A model generated the notes under the pieces. That model had not been told where the DNA came from, searched no databases, and saw only the letters and a list, made by a program, of their open reading frames with translations. A DNA stretch of 32,322 nt from an uncultured Thermomicrobiales bacterium (lineage in GTDB: Bacteria > Chloroflexota > Chloroflexia > Thermomicrobiales > UBA6265), in assembly GCA_902806375.1 (NCBI GenBank), contig CADCWK010000123.1, forward strand, positions 1 to 32,322. Reading direction: 5' to 3'. Made by a program: the position numbers and the translations under genes. Shown one piece after another: positions 1 to 10,264 of this stretch (positions within the stretch are counted from its first letter, which is position 1; the number at the start of each line of letters is the position of its first letter).

Positions 1-53
1 TGGGTCAGAGTGTCGGTGTCCTCGTCCTGAACGATAGCGATGATCATCTTCAT
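1..53 (-). CDS. Partial CDS (first 17 codons, continues off the left edge): DarA/PstA-like PII-fold cyclic-di-AMP receptor (YaaQ/DUF970 family)
   Basis: Minus-strand ATG at 53..51 preceded by GGTGGGAG. Translation MKMIIAIVQDEDTDTLT resembles the conserved YaaQ/DarA N-terminus (MKLIvAvVQDqDsn.L). Only 17 aa are visible. Confidence 0.45.
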   Translation of the reverse strand, partial: MKMIIAIVQDEDTDTLT

Positions 54-174
54 CGGCGTTCTCCCACCATCGTCTGGCCGTAGAATCGGCAGTCTAGCGA
101 CACCACGGTCCGGCGTCCACTGCCGACCGCACGAGCCGTCCGACCCCCTCGCCTGCCGGTGCTCGCTTCCCGGC

Positions 175-2385
175 TCACGTGGCCGGGGCGGGTGCCCCGG
201 CCCCGGCGTCATCCGGGGTGGTGGCCAGTTGCAACCGGACGATGAACGTCGCCCCGGCCCCCTCGTCGCTGAGGACCGAGATCGTCCCGCCGTGGGCCGT
301 CACGATCTCCCGGGAGATGCTCAGCCCGAGCCCCAGGCCGCGCTGGAGTTCGTCCCGCTCGTCGGCGCCCCGGAAGAACGGCTCGAAGACGTGCGCCTGG
401 ACAGCCATCGCGATGCCCCGGCCGTGGTCGGTCACACGGATCTCGGCGGCGTCACGGCGATGCCCGAGCCAGACGTCGATCGGCGTGCTCGCCGGTCCGT
501 GGATGATCGCGTTGCCGATCAGGTTGTCGAGCACCGACCGCAATCGCCGCCGGTCACCGATCACCGTCGCCCCTTCCGCGATCTCCAGCCGCAGGCTGGC
601 CGGCTCGTCCATCGAGAGCTGCGCCCCTGCCACGGCCTCGCTGACGACCACGGCGAGGTCGAGGGGTTCCATCTGGTACCGCATGGTGCCCTGACCCAGG
701 CCGGACAGTGTCACGAGGTCGTCGACGAGATGGCCGAGGTGCCGGCTCTGCTCCGAGATGACCTCGGTCATCTCCAGATACGACGCCAGCGGCCGGTTCG
801 TCCCGGTGGCTCCTGCTGCGTCCGGGACCGGGCTGTCGCGGCGCCCGGTCGAATCGCTCTCCTGTTTCGCCGCCCGTTTCGCCTCCCGGGTCAGGCGCCG
901 GGACAGGAGCTGGGAATACCCCGAGATCGAGGTGATCGGGGTGCGGAGCTCGTGGGACACCACGGCCAGGAAATCCTGTTTGGCCCGGTTCGCGGCCCGT
1001 TCCCCCGCGATGACCTCCGCGTTCCGCAGGGCCAGCGCCGCCTGGTTGGCGATCCGCTCGAGCAGCGTGACCAGCGATGGGTCGAACACCCCCGGCTGAT
1101 GCGACTTCAGCGCGACCGCCCCGATGAGTTCGCCGGCGACCTGCAGCGGGACCCCGACGGAGCTGTGGAAATGCCGGACGCCGGAGCGACCCTCCGGGAG
1201 GGAGGTGCCGTCGGGGCGGACGATCGTGAAGCGTTCGGTGTCCGACGTCACGACCGACCGGCGGAGGGCGAGGACCTGGTTGATGATCCCGTCCCCGGCG
1301 ACGGGGTTCGCCTCCGACCTGGGCACCGGACCGCCACCGGAGACCGGTGGCCCCACGCTGGGCTCCGGCATCTCCTCGAATCGCTCCGGCTGGCGGACAC
1401 CACCGTATGCGTAGTAGGCGATCCTCACCCGCGTCCGGGCGGGATCGATCAGCGCGATGACGGTCGCATCGGCCCGCGTCAGACGGCGCATCTGGTCGGC
1501 GAGGTCGACGCAGAGCTGGTCCAGGTCGATCGTGGCACTCAGGACGTGGCCCACGGCGTTCAGGGTCCGCAACTCCGTCAGGGCCCTGGCCAGCTCGACG
1601 TTTCGCTCCCGGAGCAGGATATTCAGTTCCAGCAGGCGGACGAGTCCGAAGAGCAGCACGAAGGCGATCACGCACGCCACCCAGTAGTCGGTCCGTTGGC
1701 CGATCGTATCGATGATGAGCGCGAGCGACGCCGCGACCAGCACGATGACGACTTCCCAGGCCAGGACGGTCACCAGTGGTGGCCATCGGAACCTGTCCAG
1801 CCAACCGTACGGCAGGGTCCGCCAGTCAGCTGCCGCCCGCCAGTGCAGGCCCGTCAACGCCACGACCTGGATGAGCAGGTAGACACCGAGGAACGGCAGG
1901 AACGCGAAGATCTCCTCATCGCCCGGCAGCGTCAGTGCGTCGCGCGCCTCAGGGTTGATCACGAACCCGCCGACGATCAGCCCGATCATGGTTCGAGCCG
2001 CCCGGAACAGGTGCGCGACCCTGTTCCGTTGCCTCCCGGCGAAGAAGTCGAGGATCGCCCCGGCGGCGACGATGAGCGCCGCCGCGACACCGCCAAAGGC
2101 CAGCAGCGCCGTTAGTGCGAAGGTCAGCGCGATCGTCCAGACGGAATCGCCACTGAGTTCGCTCCGTCGGGTCACGGCCGACCGTGACGTGAGGACGACG
2201 ACCACGAGGAATGGCACCAGCGCCCACTCGGGTCTGAGCGACATCGGTGACCAGATCGCTACCCCGGCGAGGAGCAACCCGGTGAATCCGAGGAGGATCC
2301 CGGTCCAGAGGACGTGCCAGGACAGGCCCGGGTGTCCCCGGGATGGCTGGCGAGGCACTGTCTGTCTGCTGGCTCTGCGATCCAC
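175..2385 (-). CDS. Multi-pass membrane GAF-domain sensor histidine kinase
   Basis: H-box SHELRTPITSISGYSQLL. HATPase_c boxes DNLIGNAIIH, DHGRGI and GLGLGLSISREIV. Central GAF-like segment and several hydrophobic N-terminal helices. The start at 2385 is GTG and is not certain. Confidence 0.88.
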   Translation of the reverse strand: MDRRASRQTVPRQPSRGHPGLSWHVLWTGILLGFTGLLLAGVAIWSPMSLRPEWALVPFLVVVVLTSRSAVTRRSELSGDSVWTIALTFALTALLAFGGVAAALIVAAGAILDFFAGRQRNRVAHLFRAARTMIGLIVGGFVINPEARDALTLPGDEEIFAFLPFLGVYLLIQVVALTGLHWRAAADWRTLPYGWLDRFRWPPLVTVLAWEVVIVLVAASLALIIDTIGQRTDYWVACVIAFVLLFGLVRLLELNILLRERNVELARALTELRTLNAVGHVLSATIDLDQLCVDLADQMRRLTRADATVIALIDPARTRVRIAYYAYGGVRQPERFEEMPEPSVGPPVSGGGPVPRSEANPVAGDGIINQVLALRRSVVTSDTERFTIVRPDGTSLPEGRSGVRHFHSSVGVPLQVAGELIGAVALKSHQPGVFDPSLVTLLERIANQAALALRNAEVIAGERAANRAKQDFLAVVSHELRTPITSISGYSQLLSRRLTREAKRAAKQESDSTGRRDSPVPDAAGATGTNRPLASYLEMTEVISEQSRHLGHLVDDLVTLSGLGQGTMRYQMEPLDLAVVVSEAVAGAQLSMDEPASLRLEIAEGATVIGDRRRLRSVLDNLIGNAIIHGPASTPIDVWLGHRRDAAEIRVTDHGRGIAMAVQAHVFEPFFRGADERDELQRGLGLGLSISREIVTAHGGTISVLSDEGAGATFIVRLQLATTPDDAGAGAPAPAT

Positions 2386-2531
2386 GGTTCCTGCCGGTCG
2401 ACGCCGCTCTGGCCAGACCCCCGCCGGTCACCGCAGTGCGAGGCCACTACGCCACTCGGACTCGCAAGCGGTCTGCCGCGCAACGTTTGGGTCCGGCGGA
2501 CGATCGACGGCGCCCCGGTGGCGCGACCAGC

Positions 2532-3362
2532 CTAGCCGACGTCGCGTCGAGCCCCGGCGATCGACGCGGCGATGACCTCCCGCAGCGGGTCGTGCAGGCC
2601 CGACCCGGCCGCCACGACCTCGATGCCGTACAGATCGAACGGGCCGCCGGCATAATCGGTGACCCGCCCTCCGGCCTCGGCGACGAGGAGCGCGCCGGCG
2701 GCCATGTCCCATGGCTTCAGGTTCCGCTCATAGAAGCCGTCCAGACGCCCACAGGCCACCCAGCACAGGTTCAGGGCGGCGGCCCCGTCCCGCCGAACGC
2801 CCTGGCAGGCGTCCATCAGGGCATCCCAGACCGCCAGCGCCTCGTGTCGCTGGCCCGGCTCATAGGGGAAGCCGGTCGCCAGCAGGCTCCGCAGCAACTC
2901 CGTCTCAGCCGAGACCCGGATCGGCGCGCCGTTGAGCGTCGCTCCCCCTCCCCGCTCGGCGACGAACAACTCGTCGCGCATCGGGTCGTAGACCACGCCG
3001 AGGACGGCCTCGCCCTGCCGCTCCAGTGCGATCGAGACGGCGAAGTGCGGGTAGGCGTGGGCGTAATTGGTCGTGCCGTCGAGTGGGTCGACTACCCAGC
3101 CGTACTCCGACCCGTCGGCACCGCGTGTCCCCTCCTCGCCGAGGAAGCCGTGCTGCGGGAACGCGCCGCGGATCCGGCCGGAGATCAGCTCCTCGGAGGC
3201 CCGGTCGGCGTCGGTGACCAGGTCGATCAGGCCCTTGTAGGCGACCTCCCGTGTCTGGCTCAGCCGGCCGCGCAGGCCCGCACCCGCGTCCAGCGCCGCC
3301 CGGATCGCGATGTCCCGGGCGCCATCGGGGAGAATCGTCGTCGTCATCGGGGTGTCCCTCAT
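2532..3362 (-). CDS. Inositol monophosphatase family protein (SuhB/ImpA/HisN-like)
   Basis: Motifs FLGEEG, WVVDPLDGTTNYAH and MAAGALLVAEAGG. The ORF is trimmed to ATG 3362 (MRDTPMTTT...). The Arg-rich 47-aa upstream extension looks non-coding. ATG 3347 is an alternative start. Confidence 0.88.
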   Translation of the reverse strand: MRDTPMTTTILPDGARDIAIRAALDAGAGLRGRLSQTREVAYKGLIDLVTDADRASEELISGRIRGAFPQHGFLGEEGTRGADGSEYGWVVDPLDGTTNYAHAYPHFAVSIALERQGEAVLGVVYDPMRDELFVAERGGGATLNGAPIRVSAETELLRSLLATGFPYEPGQRHEALAVWDALMDACQGVRRDGAAALNLCWVACGRLDGFYERNLKPWDMAAGALLVAEAGGRVTDYAGGPFDLYGIEVVAAGSGLHDPLREVIAASIAGARRDVG

Positions 3363-3427
3363 GTGATTGACGGGTGCATGCGGCTGGTCGGTATCGACGC
3401 CGCCCCGCGGGCGGGCGTCTGATGGGT

Positions 3428-4579
3428 TCAGGGTGAGCCGACCCCGGTCTCGAGGGGCAGCAGTTCGGCGAGCGGCCAGCGCGGCCGGACATCGTCGGTC
3501 CATTCCCGCGTCGCGCCGCCCAGCCGCCAGGAGGCCGCCGCGCCGATCATCGCAGCGTTGTCGGTGCAGAGCCAGAGGGCCGGGTAATGCACTGCCGGTG
3601 CCCCGCCACCGGGCCAGACCGCCGCGAGTTCGTCGTCCAGCCGTTGCCGGAGGGCCGCGTTGGCCGCCACCCCACCCGCCAGGACCAGCGATCGTGCCCC
3701 GGTCTCGCGCGCGGCCGCGACCGCCTTGACGGCCAGGACATCGACGACCGCCGCCTGGTACCCCGCCGCGAGGTCAGAGACCGGCAGGTCGTCCCGGAGC
3801 CGACGGGGACGGTGCGCCGGGAAGGGCGCGTCGTCAGGCGGTCCTGGCTCGGCTGGCAGGCGGTAGGGCTCGATCAGCCGCAACAGTGCCGTCTTGAGGC
3901 CGGAGAAGCTGAAGTCATGGCTGTCCGGCAGCCAGGCACGCGGCAGATCGAACCTCGCCGGATCGCCCCCCGCCGCGGCCAGCTGGATGAGCGGCCCACC
4001 CGGATACCCCAGCCCCAGCAGGCGGGCACCCTTGTCGAACGCCTCACCGGCGGCGTCGTCCCGGGTCCGGCCGAGGTGGCGATAGCGGCCCGGCGCCTCG
4101 ACCAGGATGATTTCCGAGTGCCCGCCGGAGACGAGCAGGCAGATCGCGGGCAGGGCCGGCGGCGGGACATCGCGCGTGGCGTCGAACGCCGTTCCCGGCG
4201 GGATCACCTCGGGGACCAGCCAGTTGGCGGCGATGTGTCCCTCGAGGTGGTTGACGCCGACCAGCGGTCGGCCAGCCGCGGCGGCCAGCCCCTTGGCGGC
4301 GTTCACGCCGACGAGCAGGGCCCCGGCCAGCCCCGGTCCGGTCGTGACGGCGACGGTGTCGATGTCCCGCATCGTCAGTCCCGCGTCGGACAGGGCGGTC
4401 CGGATGACTGGCGTGATCGCCGTGACATGCCCACGGGCAGCCAGTTCCGGGACCACCCCGCCATACCGCTGGTGCAGCGCGATCTGCGAGGCGACGACGC
4501 TGGACCTCACCCAGCGGCCATCCTCGACGACCGCAGCGGCCGTCTCGTCACACGATGTCTCGATGGCCAGGATCTTCAT
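3428..4579 (-). CDS. tsaD: tRNA N6-adenosine threonylcarbamoyltransferase TsaD
   Basis: N-terminus MKILAIETSCDETAAAVV, plus HLEGHI and the GGVAANAALR motif. Synteny with tsaB and rimI. Start set at ATG 4579; the upstream 61 aa of the ORF are Arg/Pro-rich and unlikely to be coding. Confidence 0.93.
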   Translation of the reverse strand: MKILAIETSCDETAAAVVEDGRWVRSSVVASQIALHQRYGGVVPELAARGHVTAITPVIRTALSDAGLTMRDIDTVAVTTGPGLAGALLVGVNAAKGLAAAAGRPLVGVNHLEGHIAANWLVPEVIPPGTAFDATRDVPPPALPAICLLVSGGHSEIILVEAPGRYRHLGRTRDDAAGEAFDKGARLLGLGYPGGPLIQLAAAGGDPARFDLPRAWLPDSHDFSFSGLKTALLRLIEPYRLPAEPGPPDDAPFPAHRPRRLRDDLPVSDLAAGYQAAVVDVLAVKAVAAARETGARSLVLAGGVAANAALRQRLDDELAAVWPGGGAPAVHYPALWLCTDNAAMIGAAASWRLGGATREWTDDVRPRWPLAELLPLETGVGSP

Positions 4580-4785
4580 GGGACAGCTGCTCTCCGGTGT
4601 ACGGTGGCGTTGGGGACGAGCATCTTCTCCGAGTGAACGGCGGGGACCCACGACCCCGTGCCAGCCCTGACGGGGCGCGGGCGCTCGGCGCTCCCGCCGC
4701 CCGTTCCCGGACACGCCGGTCCGCACCGACACCATGCCCGGCGTCCGTGGCGCCGACGCCATCGCCGATCAGGGACTGCGGGTCG

Positions 4786-5484
4786 TCAGTTGCCAGACCC
4801 CGTCGGGCGGATGACCTGGTCCGCCCCCGCCGGTGCCTGGCCGATCGGAGCGGTGGTGTCGACCGGGGCGGGCTGGGGATGCCGACCGAGGATCACGGCC
4901 CGGTGACCGTCGATCAGGTCGAGGGTCGATGTCTCCCCCAGCGGCGGGGACCACATGATGTAGGCATCCTCGTTGTTGTCGCTGTAGTAGCGCTTCCGGG
5001 TGCCCTGGACGGTGAAGCCGTACTTGCGGTAGAGCGACTGCGCGGACTCGTTCGAGACCCGCACCTCGAGCGTCATCCACGAGGCCTTGCGGGACAGGGC
5101 CTGGTCGATCAGCGAGACGAGCAGCAGTTCGCCCAGGCCACGGCCGCGATGCCCGGGGTCGACGCCGATCGTGGTGACGTGCGCCTCCTCGAACATGTGC
5201 CACATCCCGGCGAAGCCGACGATCCGCCCGTCGCCCTCGAAGTGCCGGACGAGCTGGCGGAGCGGGTTCACCCCGAGGCCGCGGCGGGCTGGCTCGGGCT
5301 CGGTGGTCCCGCCGTCACCAGGGCCGCCGGCACGGTACTCACGTAACACCCGGTAGACATTGTGCCGCTGGTCGAGCAGCTCCCGCCGGTAGGCCGAAGC
5401 CGGCCAGGGGTTGGTGAAGCACCGGCGCTCCACCCGGCTGACCTCCGCGACATCGTCAGCGACCATGGGTTCGATTCGGTACAC
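4786..5484 (-). CDS. rimI: Ribosomal-protein-alanine N-acetyltransferase (GNAT), with insertion and C-terminal extension
   Basis: GNAT acetyl-CoA motif VDPGHRGRGLGELLL, and YRKYGF. Position between tsaB and tsaD is the classical synteny. The start is either GTG 5484 or ATG 5466. Confidence 0.82.
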   Translation of the reverse strand: MYRIEPMVADDVAEVSRVERRCFTNPWPASAYRRELLDQRHNVYRVLREYRAGGPGDGGTTEPEPARRGLGVNPLRQLVRHFEGDGRIVGFAGMWHMFEEAHVTTIGVDPGHRGRGLGELLLVSLIDQALSRKASWMTLEVRVSNESAQSLYRKYGFTVQGTRKRYYSDNNEDAYIMWSPPLGETSTLDLIDGHRAVILGRHPQPAPVDTTAPIGQAPAGADQVIRPTGSGN

Positions 5485-5678
5485 CCTGCGCTCTGCCCTA
5501 GCCGGTCCATCCGGACCGTCCGACCCCGCGAGTCACCCGTCGCCGCGATCGGAGAATGCCCGCTCCGGGACGGATCGTCAGCCGTCCGTTGAGCCGCGTA
5601 TCGGCTGAGCCTAGTATCGGCCGTCCCGGTCCGCGCGTCACGGAGGCCCCATCGGATGGACAGGCCCGGTCCGCCCGA

Positions 5679-6419
5679 TCAGCCCGGGACCGTCGCGGAC
5701 CGGGCGGCACCGTGCAGGTAGACGGCATCCAGGGTATCGGGGTCGTCCGAGTCCCCGGCGACCCAGCGCTGATACCCGATCGCCGCGACGCCGCCCGGTC
5801 GCCGGCCGCGGGCGGGCGCGGGCGGCACCCAGAGGTCGGTCCCGGCAACGGCGGGGGCGATCACGGCGAGCTGCGCGTCGTCGATCTCACCGACCAGGGT
5901 GAGTGGACCGGTCAGGTCAGCGAGGCGCCGGGCGAGGTCCTCGATCGAGCCATTGGCGGGGGGACCGACCTCGACGGGCCGAGCGCCGGCCCCGCCGGAC
6001 ATCGCATGGACCGCCGAGACGACGCGGCCCCGACCGGCGGCGACGACCCCGATGGCCAGCCGGCCCGGAACGAGGACCGGCATGACGGTCGCCGCGAGGG
6101 TCCCGACCCCGATCAGCGGGAGGCCGCCACCGAGGGCCAGGCCCTTGGCGGTCCCGAGGCCCGCCCGTAACCCGTTGAACGTTCCCGGTCCGACCGCGAC
6201 GGCGACGGCGGACAGATCGGCGATGACGAGCCCCATCCGGCGGAGAACGGACTCGATCGCCGGCAACAGCACGGTCGTCTGGTGCCGTCCCGCCGGCCAG
6301 ACCAGCTCGGCGGTCGCGGTACCGTTCGTGACGGCGACACCGAGGAGTTCGCTCGACGTGTCGATCGCCAGCAGCCAGCCCGGCGCGTTCTCGACAGGAA
6401 CGTTAACAATGTGCATCAT
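5679..6419 (-). CDS. tsaB: tRNA threonylcarbamoyladenosine biosynthesis protein TsaB (YeaZ)
   Basis: LLAIDTSSELLGVAV and VAVGPGTFNGLRAGLGTAKGLAL (the GPGSFTGLRIG-type motif). Start taken at the tandem ATG ATG at 6419/6416. Confidence 0.85.
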   Translation of the reverse strand: MMHIVNVPVENAPGWLLAIDTSSELLGVAVTNGTATAELVWPAGRHQTTVLLPAIESVLRRMGLVIADLSAVAVAVGPGTFNGLRAGLGTAKGLALGGGLPLIGVGTLAATVMPVLVPGRLAIGVVAAGRGRVVSAVHAMSGGAGARPVEVGPPANGSIEDLARRLADLTGPLTLVGEIDDAQLAVIAPAVAGTDLWVPPAPARGRRPGGVAAIGYQRWVAGDSDDPDTLDAVYLHGAARSATVPG

Positions 6420-6643
6420 ACCCCCGCACCGTGTGATGTCTTCGCAGTGCCCGGACACCGAGGACCGGTACACGATCAGTGGTTTCCTCAGCGGAGGAGG
6501 GACCGGGGACGATGTCGGTCCTGGGTGGAGAGCACCGCGGGGCCCGTGTTAACCCGTGCTTTACACCGCTTCCCGTCGCATGCGCCATGATCCGTTCGCA
6601 TCTTTTCACGCGTTGAGCGTGCCTGCGCGTCCCGAGGAGTGCC

Positions 6644-7600
6644 ATGGTTCCCCAGACTGAACTGTCCGCGCCCGGGTCGGCGACCGTGGCCACGACAGTC
6701 ACCCCGAGGCAATCAGCCGTCCGGCGCGTATTCCGGAGCGAACACACGCTGTTCCTGCTCTTCGTCCTGCCGAACCTCGTCCTGTTCTCGATCTTCACGT
6801 ACTGGCCGCTGATCTACAACGTCTACCTGAGCCTGAGCACCTGGAACTTTCTCACCCCGGACAAGCCGTTCGTCGGGCTCGACAACTTCCGCTTCCTGTT
6901 CAGCAGCGCCGAGTTCTGGGGGGTGATGCGCTCGACGGCGATCTACACCGTCGGCGCGGTCGGTGGCTCCGTCCTGCTCGGGCTGTCGGCCGCGCTGCTC
7001 CTCAACCAGAAGCTCCGCTTCCGGACGGGCGTCCGGGCGATGATCTTCGCCCCGACCCTGCTCTCCGGCGTCGCGATCAGTATCGTCTGGTTCTACATCT
7101 TCGACCCCCGCGTCGGTCTCTTCCGCGAGATGCTGAGCTGGATCGGTGTCGCCTCCCCGCCCTGGCTGGGCGACCCGGACTGGGCGATGGTCTCCGTCAT
7201 CATCGTCTACGTCTGGAAGAACCTCGGCTTCGCCGCCGTGATCTATCTCGCCGGCCTCCAGGGCATCCCCAAGGACCTCTACGAGGCGGCCAAGGTGGAT
7301 GGGGCCAACGCCATCCAGCGCTTCCGGGACGTCACCTGGCCGCAACTTGGCTCGATCCACTTCTTCGTGATGGTCACGTCGATCCTCGGGACCCTGCAGT
7401 CGTTCGACATCATCCGGACGTTGACCGGCGGTGGGCCGGTCGACGCGACGACCAACCTGATCTATTACACGTACGAGCAATCGTTCATCAATAGCAACGC
7501 CGGCCGGGGCGCCGCATCGGCGATGATCCTGTTCGCCGTCATGCTGGTCGTCACGATCGTGCAGTACCGGATCTCGGAGCGGAGGACACACTATGCCTAG
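6644..7600 (+). CDS. Carbohydrate/glycerophosphodiester-type ABC transporter permease (UgpA/MalF-like)
   Basis: Six hydrophobic segments and the EAA loop YEAAKVDGANAIQRFRDVTWPQL. GAGGAG SD at 6633..6638. Confidence 0.9.
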   Translation: MVPQTELSAPGSATVATTVTPRQSAVRRVFRSEHTLFLLFVLPNLVLFSIFTYWPLIYNVYLSLSTWNFLTPDKPFVGLDNFRFLFSSAEFWGVMRSTAIYTVGAVGGSVLLGLSAALLLNQKLRFRTGVRAMIFAPTLLSGVAISIVWFYIFDPRVGLFREMLSWIGVASPPWLGDPDWAMVSVIIVYVWKNLGFAAVIYLAGLQGIPKDLYEAAKVDGANAIQRFRDVTWPQLGSIHFFVMVTSILGTLQSFDIIRTLTGGGPVDATTNLIYYTYEQSFINSNAGRGAASAMILFAVMLVVTIVQYRISERRTHYA

Positions 7601-8630
7601 GCCGACCTCCCTCCGGGGCCTGCGCCGCCTCGCCGGCGACCATGTCGATCGCTCTCGCCAGCTTGGCGTCGTCGCCCCGGCTCCGGTGCCAGGTTCCCGG
7701 TCGCTGGATGCACTCGAACGCCCAAACCGTGGGCTGATGACCCGGATCCCCTTTGGGAAGATCGTCGGTTATATCCTGATGACGCTCCTGGCAGCGGTCA
7801 TGGCGATCCCGCTCTACTGGATGCTCTCGGGCGCCTTCAAGGAATACGCCGAGATCCGGGCCATTCCGCCGGTCTGGGTTCCTGACGCCTGGCGGAACGC
7901 CTTCAGCCCGGATGCCCTCGGGTTCGGGAACTTCGTCGAAGCCTGGAACGCCGCTCCGTTCGGCCGTTTCTACCTCAACACGCTCATCATCACCGCCGCC
8001 GGGACCGCCGGTGAGCTGTTCAACGCCTGCCTCACCGCCTACGCCTTCGCCTTCCTCCGCTTCCCGAAGAAGGATCTGATCTTCGTCCTGCTGCTGGTCG
8101 CGCTGATGATCCCCGGCGAGGTGACGACCCTCCCCAATTACATCTTCATCGGCAGCACGATCCGGGAGATCTCCTCATCCCTGCTCGGGTTCGAGATCAC
8201 GGGTATCAATACCTACTGGGGCATCTTCCTGCCCGCCGTCTCGACGGCCTATGGCACGTTCCTGCTCCGGCAGGCGTTCCTGTCGCTGCCCCGCGAGGTG
8301 CTGGAGGCCGCCCGGCTCGAGGGCGCCAGCCATATCCGGCTGCTCTGGGACATGGTGATCCCGATGAGCAAGCCGATCCTGATCACCTACGGGCTGATCT
8401 CGGCCGTCGCTCACTGGAACGCCTACCTCTGGCCCCTTGTCGTGACCCGGACGATCGAGATGCGGCCGCTGACCGTCGGCATCTCCTACCTGTTCGACAC
8501 GGAGGGCAATACCAACTACGGCGTCGTCATGGCCGCGACCTGCTTCGTCGTCCTGCCGCTGATCCTCGTCTACATCTGGGCTCAGCGCTTCATCATCGAC
8601 GGGATCGCGGCTGGCGCGACGAAGGGGTGA
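7593..8630 (+). CDS. ABC transporter permease (UgpE/MalG-like)
   Basis: EAA loop LEAARLEGASHIRLLWDMVIPMSKP and a hydrophobic topology. ATG 7593 overlaps the upstream stop by 8 nt, which suggests coupling. The first 48 aa are Arg-rich, so ATG 7737 (MTRIPFGKIVGYIL...) is an equally plausible start. Confidence 0.88.
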   Translation: MPRPTSLRGLRRLAGDHVDRSRQLGVVAPAPVPGSRSLDALERPNRGLMTRIPFGKIVGYILMTLLAAVMAIPLYWMLSGAFKEYAEIRAIPPVWVPDAWRNAFSPDALGFGNFVEAWNAAPFGRFYLNTLIITAAGTAGELFNACLTAYAFAFLRFPKKDLIFVLLLVALMIPGEVTTLPNYIFIGSTIREISSSLLGFEITGINTYWGIFLPAVSTAYGTFLLRQAFLSLPREVLEAARLEGASHIRLLWDMVIPMSKPILITYGLISAVAHWNAYLWPLVVTRTIEMRPLTVGISYLFDTEGNTNYGVVMAATCFVVLPLILVYIWAQRFIIDGIAAGATKG

Positions 8631-8840
8631 CGAGGGGTCCCCGTGCCCTGGACCCCGAAGACGACGCCCCGTCGTGGAGGAGTATGCTGAGAGGATAGCC
8701 AGATTCGACCAGATCCCGTCGTCTCGCAGCCTGTATGTTAACGACGGGTCACCACACGTTCCGGGTCATTCAGGCATGATCCATAGCGTCGCAGGGCCGA
8801 CGTCGGTCCTGTCCGTCCGTCTCATCAGAGGAGCCAGGGA

Positions 8841-10229
8841 ATGTCCCTTTCACGACGCACGATCATCAAGGGTGCCGCCGGCACCGCCACCGCTGGGGCG
8901 ATCGCCCTCAACGGCAAGGCCAGCTCGGTCTTCGCCGCCCCGAACATCATCCGGCGGCAGGCACCGGTCGAACTCAACTTCTGGTACGGCTTCACCGGGG
9001 TCCTCGGGGACCGGATGGCCGACCTGATCAACCGCTTCAACGAGACCAACGGTCAGGGCATCACCGTCACCGGGCTGGCGCAGGCCAACTACGGCGAGAC
9101 GGCCCAGAATCTGACCCTGTCTCTCCAGGACGGCACCAATCCCGACATGGCGCTGCTCGCGGAGATCTGGTGGTTCCGCTTCTACCTGGCGCAGCAGCTT
9201 CTGCCACTCAACGACCTGATCAGCGCCCGTAGCTTCCCGATCGATGACGTCGTCGACTCCTTCCGGTATGAGGGCGTCCGCAAGGGGACACAGTACTGGC
9301 TGCCCCTCGCTCGCTCGACCCCGCTGGTCTACTACAACACCGACATGTGGTCGGCGGCCGGCTACGACACCTTCCCCGCCACCTGGAGCGAGGTCGCGGC
9401 CGCCGCTCCGAGCTTGAACAACGAGGACCAGCAGGTCGTCGCCTTCGCCCTTCCGCCCGCGACCGATTACCTCTCCTGGCCGTTCCACGGTGTCGTCTGG
9501 GCCCACGGCGGCGCCTACAGTGACGACGACTTCACGATCCGGATCACCGAGCCGGGTGCCGTCGCGGCCGGCGAACTCTACCGGCGCGGCATCCAGGAAG
9601 GCTGGATGTACAACGCCGACAGCCAGGTCAACGACTTCTCCAGCGGCTTCGCGGCCATGATGATTGGTTCGACCGGGACCCTCGCCGAGATGCGGACCCT
9701 GACGGCGGAGACCGGCATCAAGTGGAACACGGCGTTCCTGCCGGGTGAGGTCCCGGGCATCAATGAGACGTGCCCAACCGGCGGCGCCGGCGTCAGCATC
9801 ATGGCCAACATCCCGCCCGAGCGACAGGAAGCGGCCTTCACCTTCATCGAGTTCTTCTCGTCCTACCCGGAGGTCATCGCTTGGGCGCAGGGCACCGGTT
9901 ACATGCCGACCCTGAAGTCCGCGATCGCCGGGCCGGAGATGGAGGAGTTCTTCGTCGCCAACCCGACGTCCCGCACCGCCGTCGATCAACTCGCCACCCG
10001 GACCAAGCCCCAGGACGTCGCCCGGGCCTATATCCCCGGTGGCGACCAGATCATCAGTGAGGGGATCTCCGAGATCCTGATCAACGGGACCGAGTCTCAG
10101 GTCGTATTCCAGGCCGTCGCGGAACGGCTGACTGCGGAGGCCGCTACGGTCGTCGAGCAGGTCATCGCGCTCGAAGGCGACCTGACCTCAGGTGTCGCCA
10201 CCCCGCCGGCCGCCACGCCGACCGCGTAA
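8841..10229 (+). CDS. ABC transporter substrate-binding protein, family 1, UgpB-like, Tat signal (paralog 1)
   Basis: Twin-arginine signal MSLSRRTIIKGAAG...VFA/AP with no lipobox Cys. UgpB-like blocks RSTPLVYYN and WAQGTGYMPT. SD AGAGGAG lies 8 nt upstream. P/A/T-rich C-terminal tail. Confidence 0.9.
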   Translation: MSLSRRTIIKGAAGTATAGAIALNGKASSVFAAPNIIRRQAPVELNFWYGFTGVLGDRMADLINRFNETNGQGITVTGLAQANYGETAQNLTLSLQDGTNPDMALLAEIWWFRFYLAQQLLPLNDLISARSFPIDDVVDSFRYEGVRKGTQYWLPLARSTPLVYYNTDMWSAAGYDTFPATWSEVAAAAPSLNNEDQQVVAFALPPATDYLSWPFHGVVWAHGGAYSDDDFTIRITEPGAVAAGELYRRGIQEGWMYNADSQVNDFSSGFAAMMIGSTGTLAEMRTLTAETGIKWNTAFLPGEVPGINETCPTGGAGVSIMANIPPERQEAAFTFIEFFSSYPEVIAWAQGTGYMPTLKSAIAGPEMEEFFVANPTSRTAVDQLATRTKPQDVARAYIPGGDQIISEGISEILINGTESQVVFQAVAERLTAEAATVVEQVIALEGDLTSGVATPPAATPTA

Positions 10230-10264
10230 CCAGCGTCCAAGGTCCTACACCAGCGAGCGACAGC

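Noticed and set aside
40-2115. Very long plus-strand ORF (691 aa), and the 416-aa minus-strand ORF 554..1804, both overlapping the histidine kinase gene
   Set aside because: The translations are Arg/Pro/Gly/Asp-rich with no motifs. They are antisense or out-of-frame shadows of a clearly motif-bearing kinase gene, as expected in high-GC DNA. The same reasoning applies to 8850..9989(-), 11189..12247(-), 14061..15101(-), 15321..16760(-), 16730..17971(-), 18739..19938(+), 19848..21233(-), 25225..26577(-), 27025..28200(+) and 30725..31486(+).
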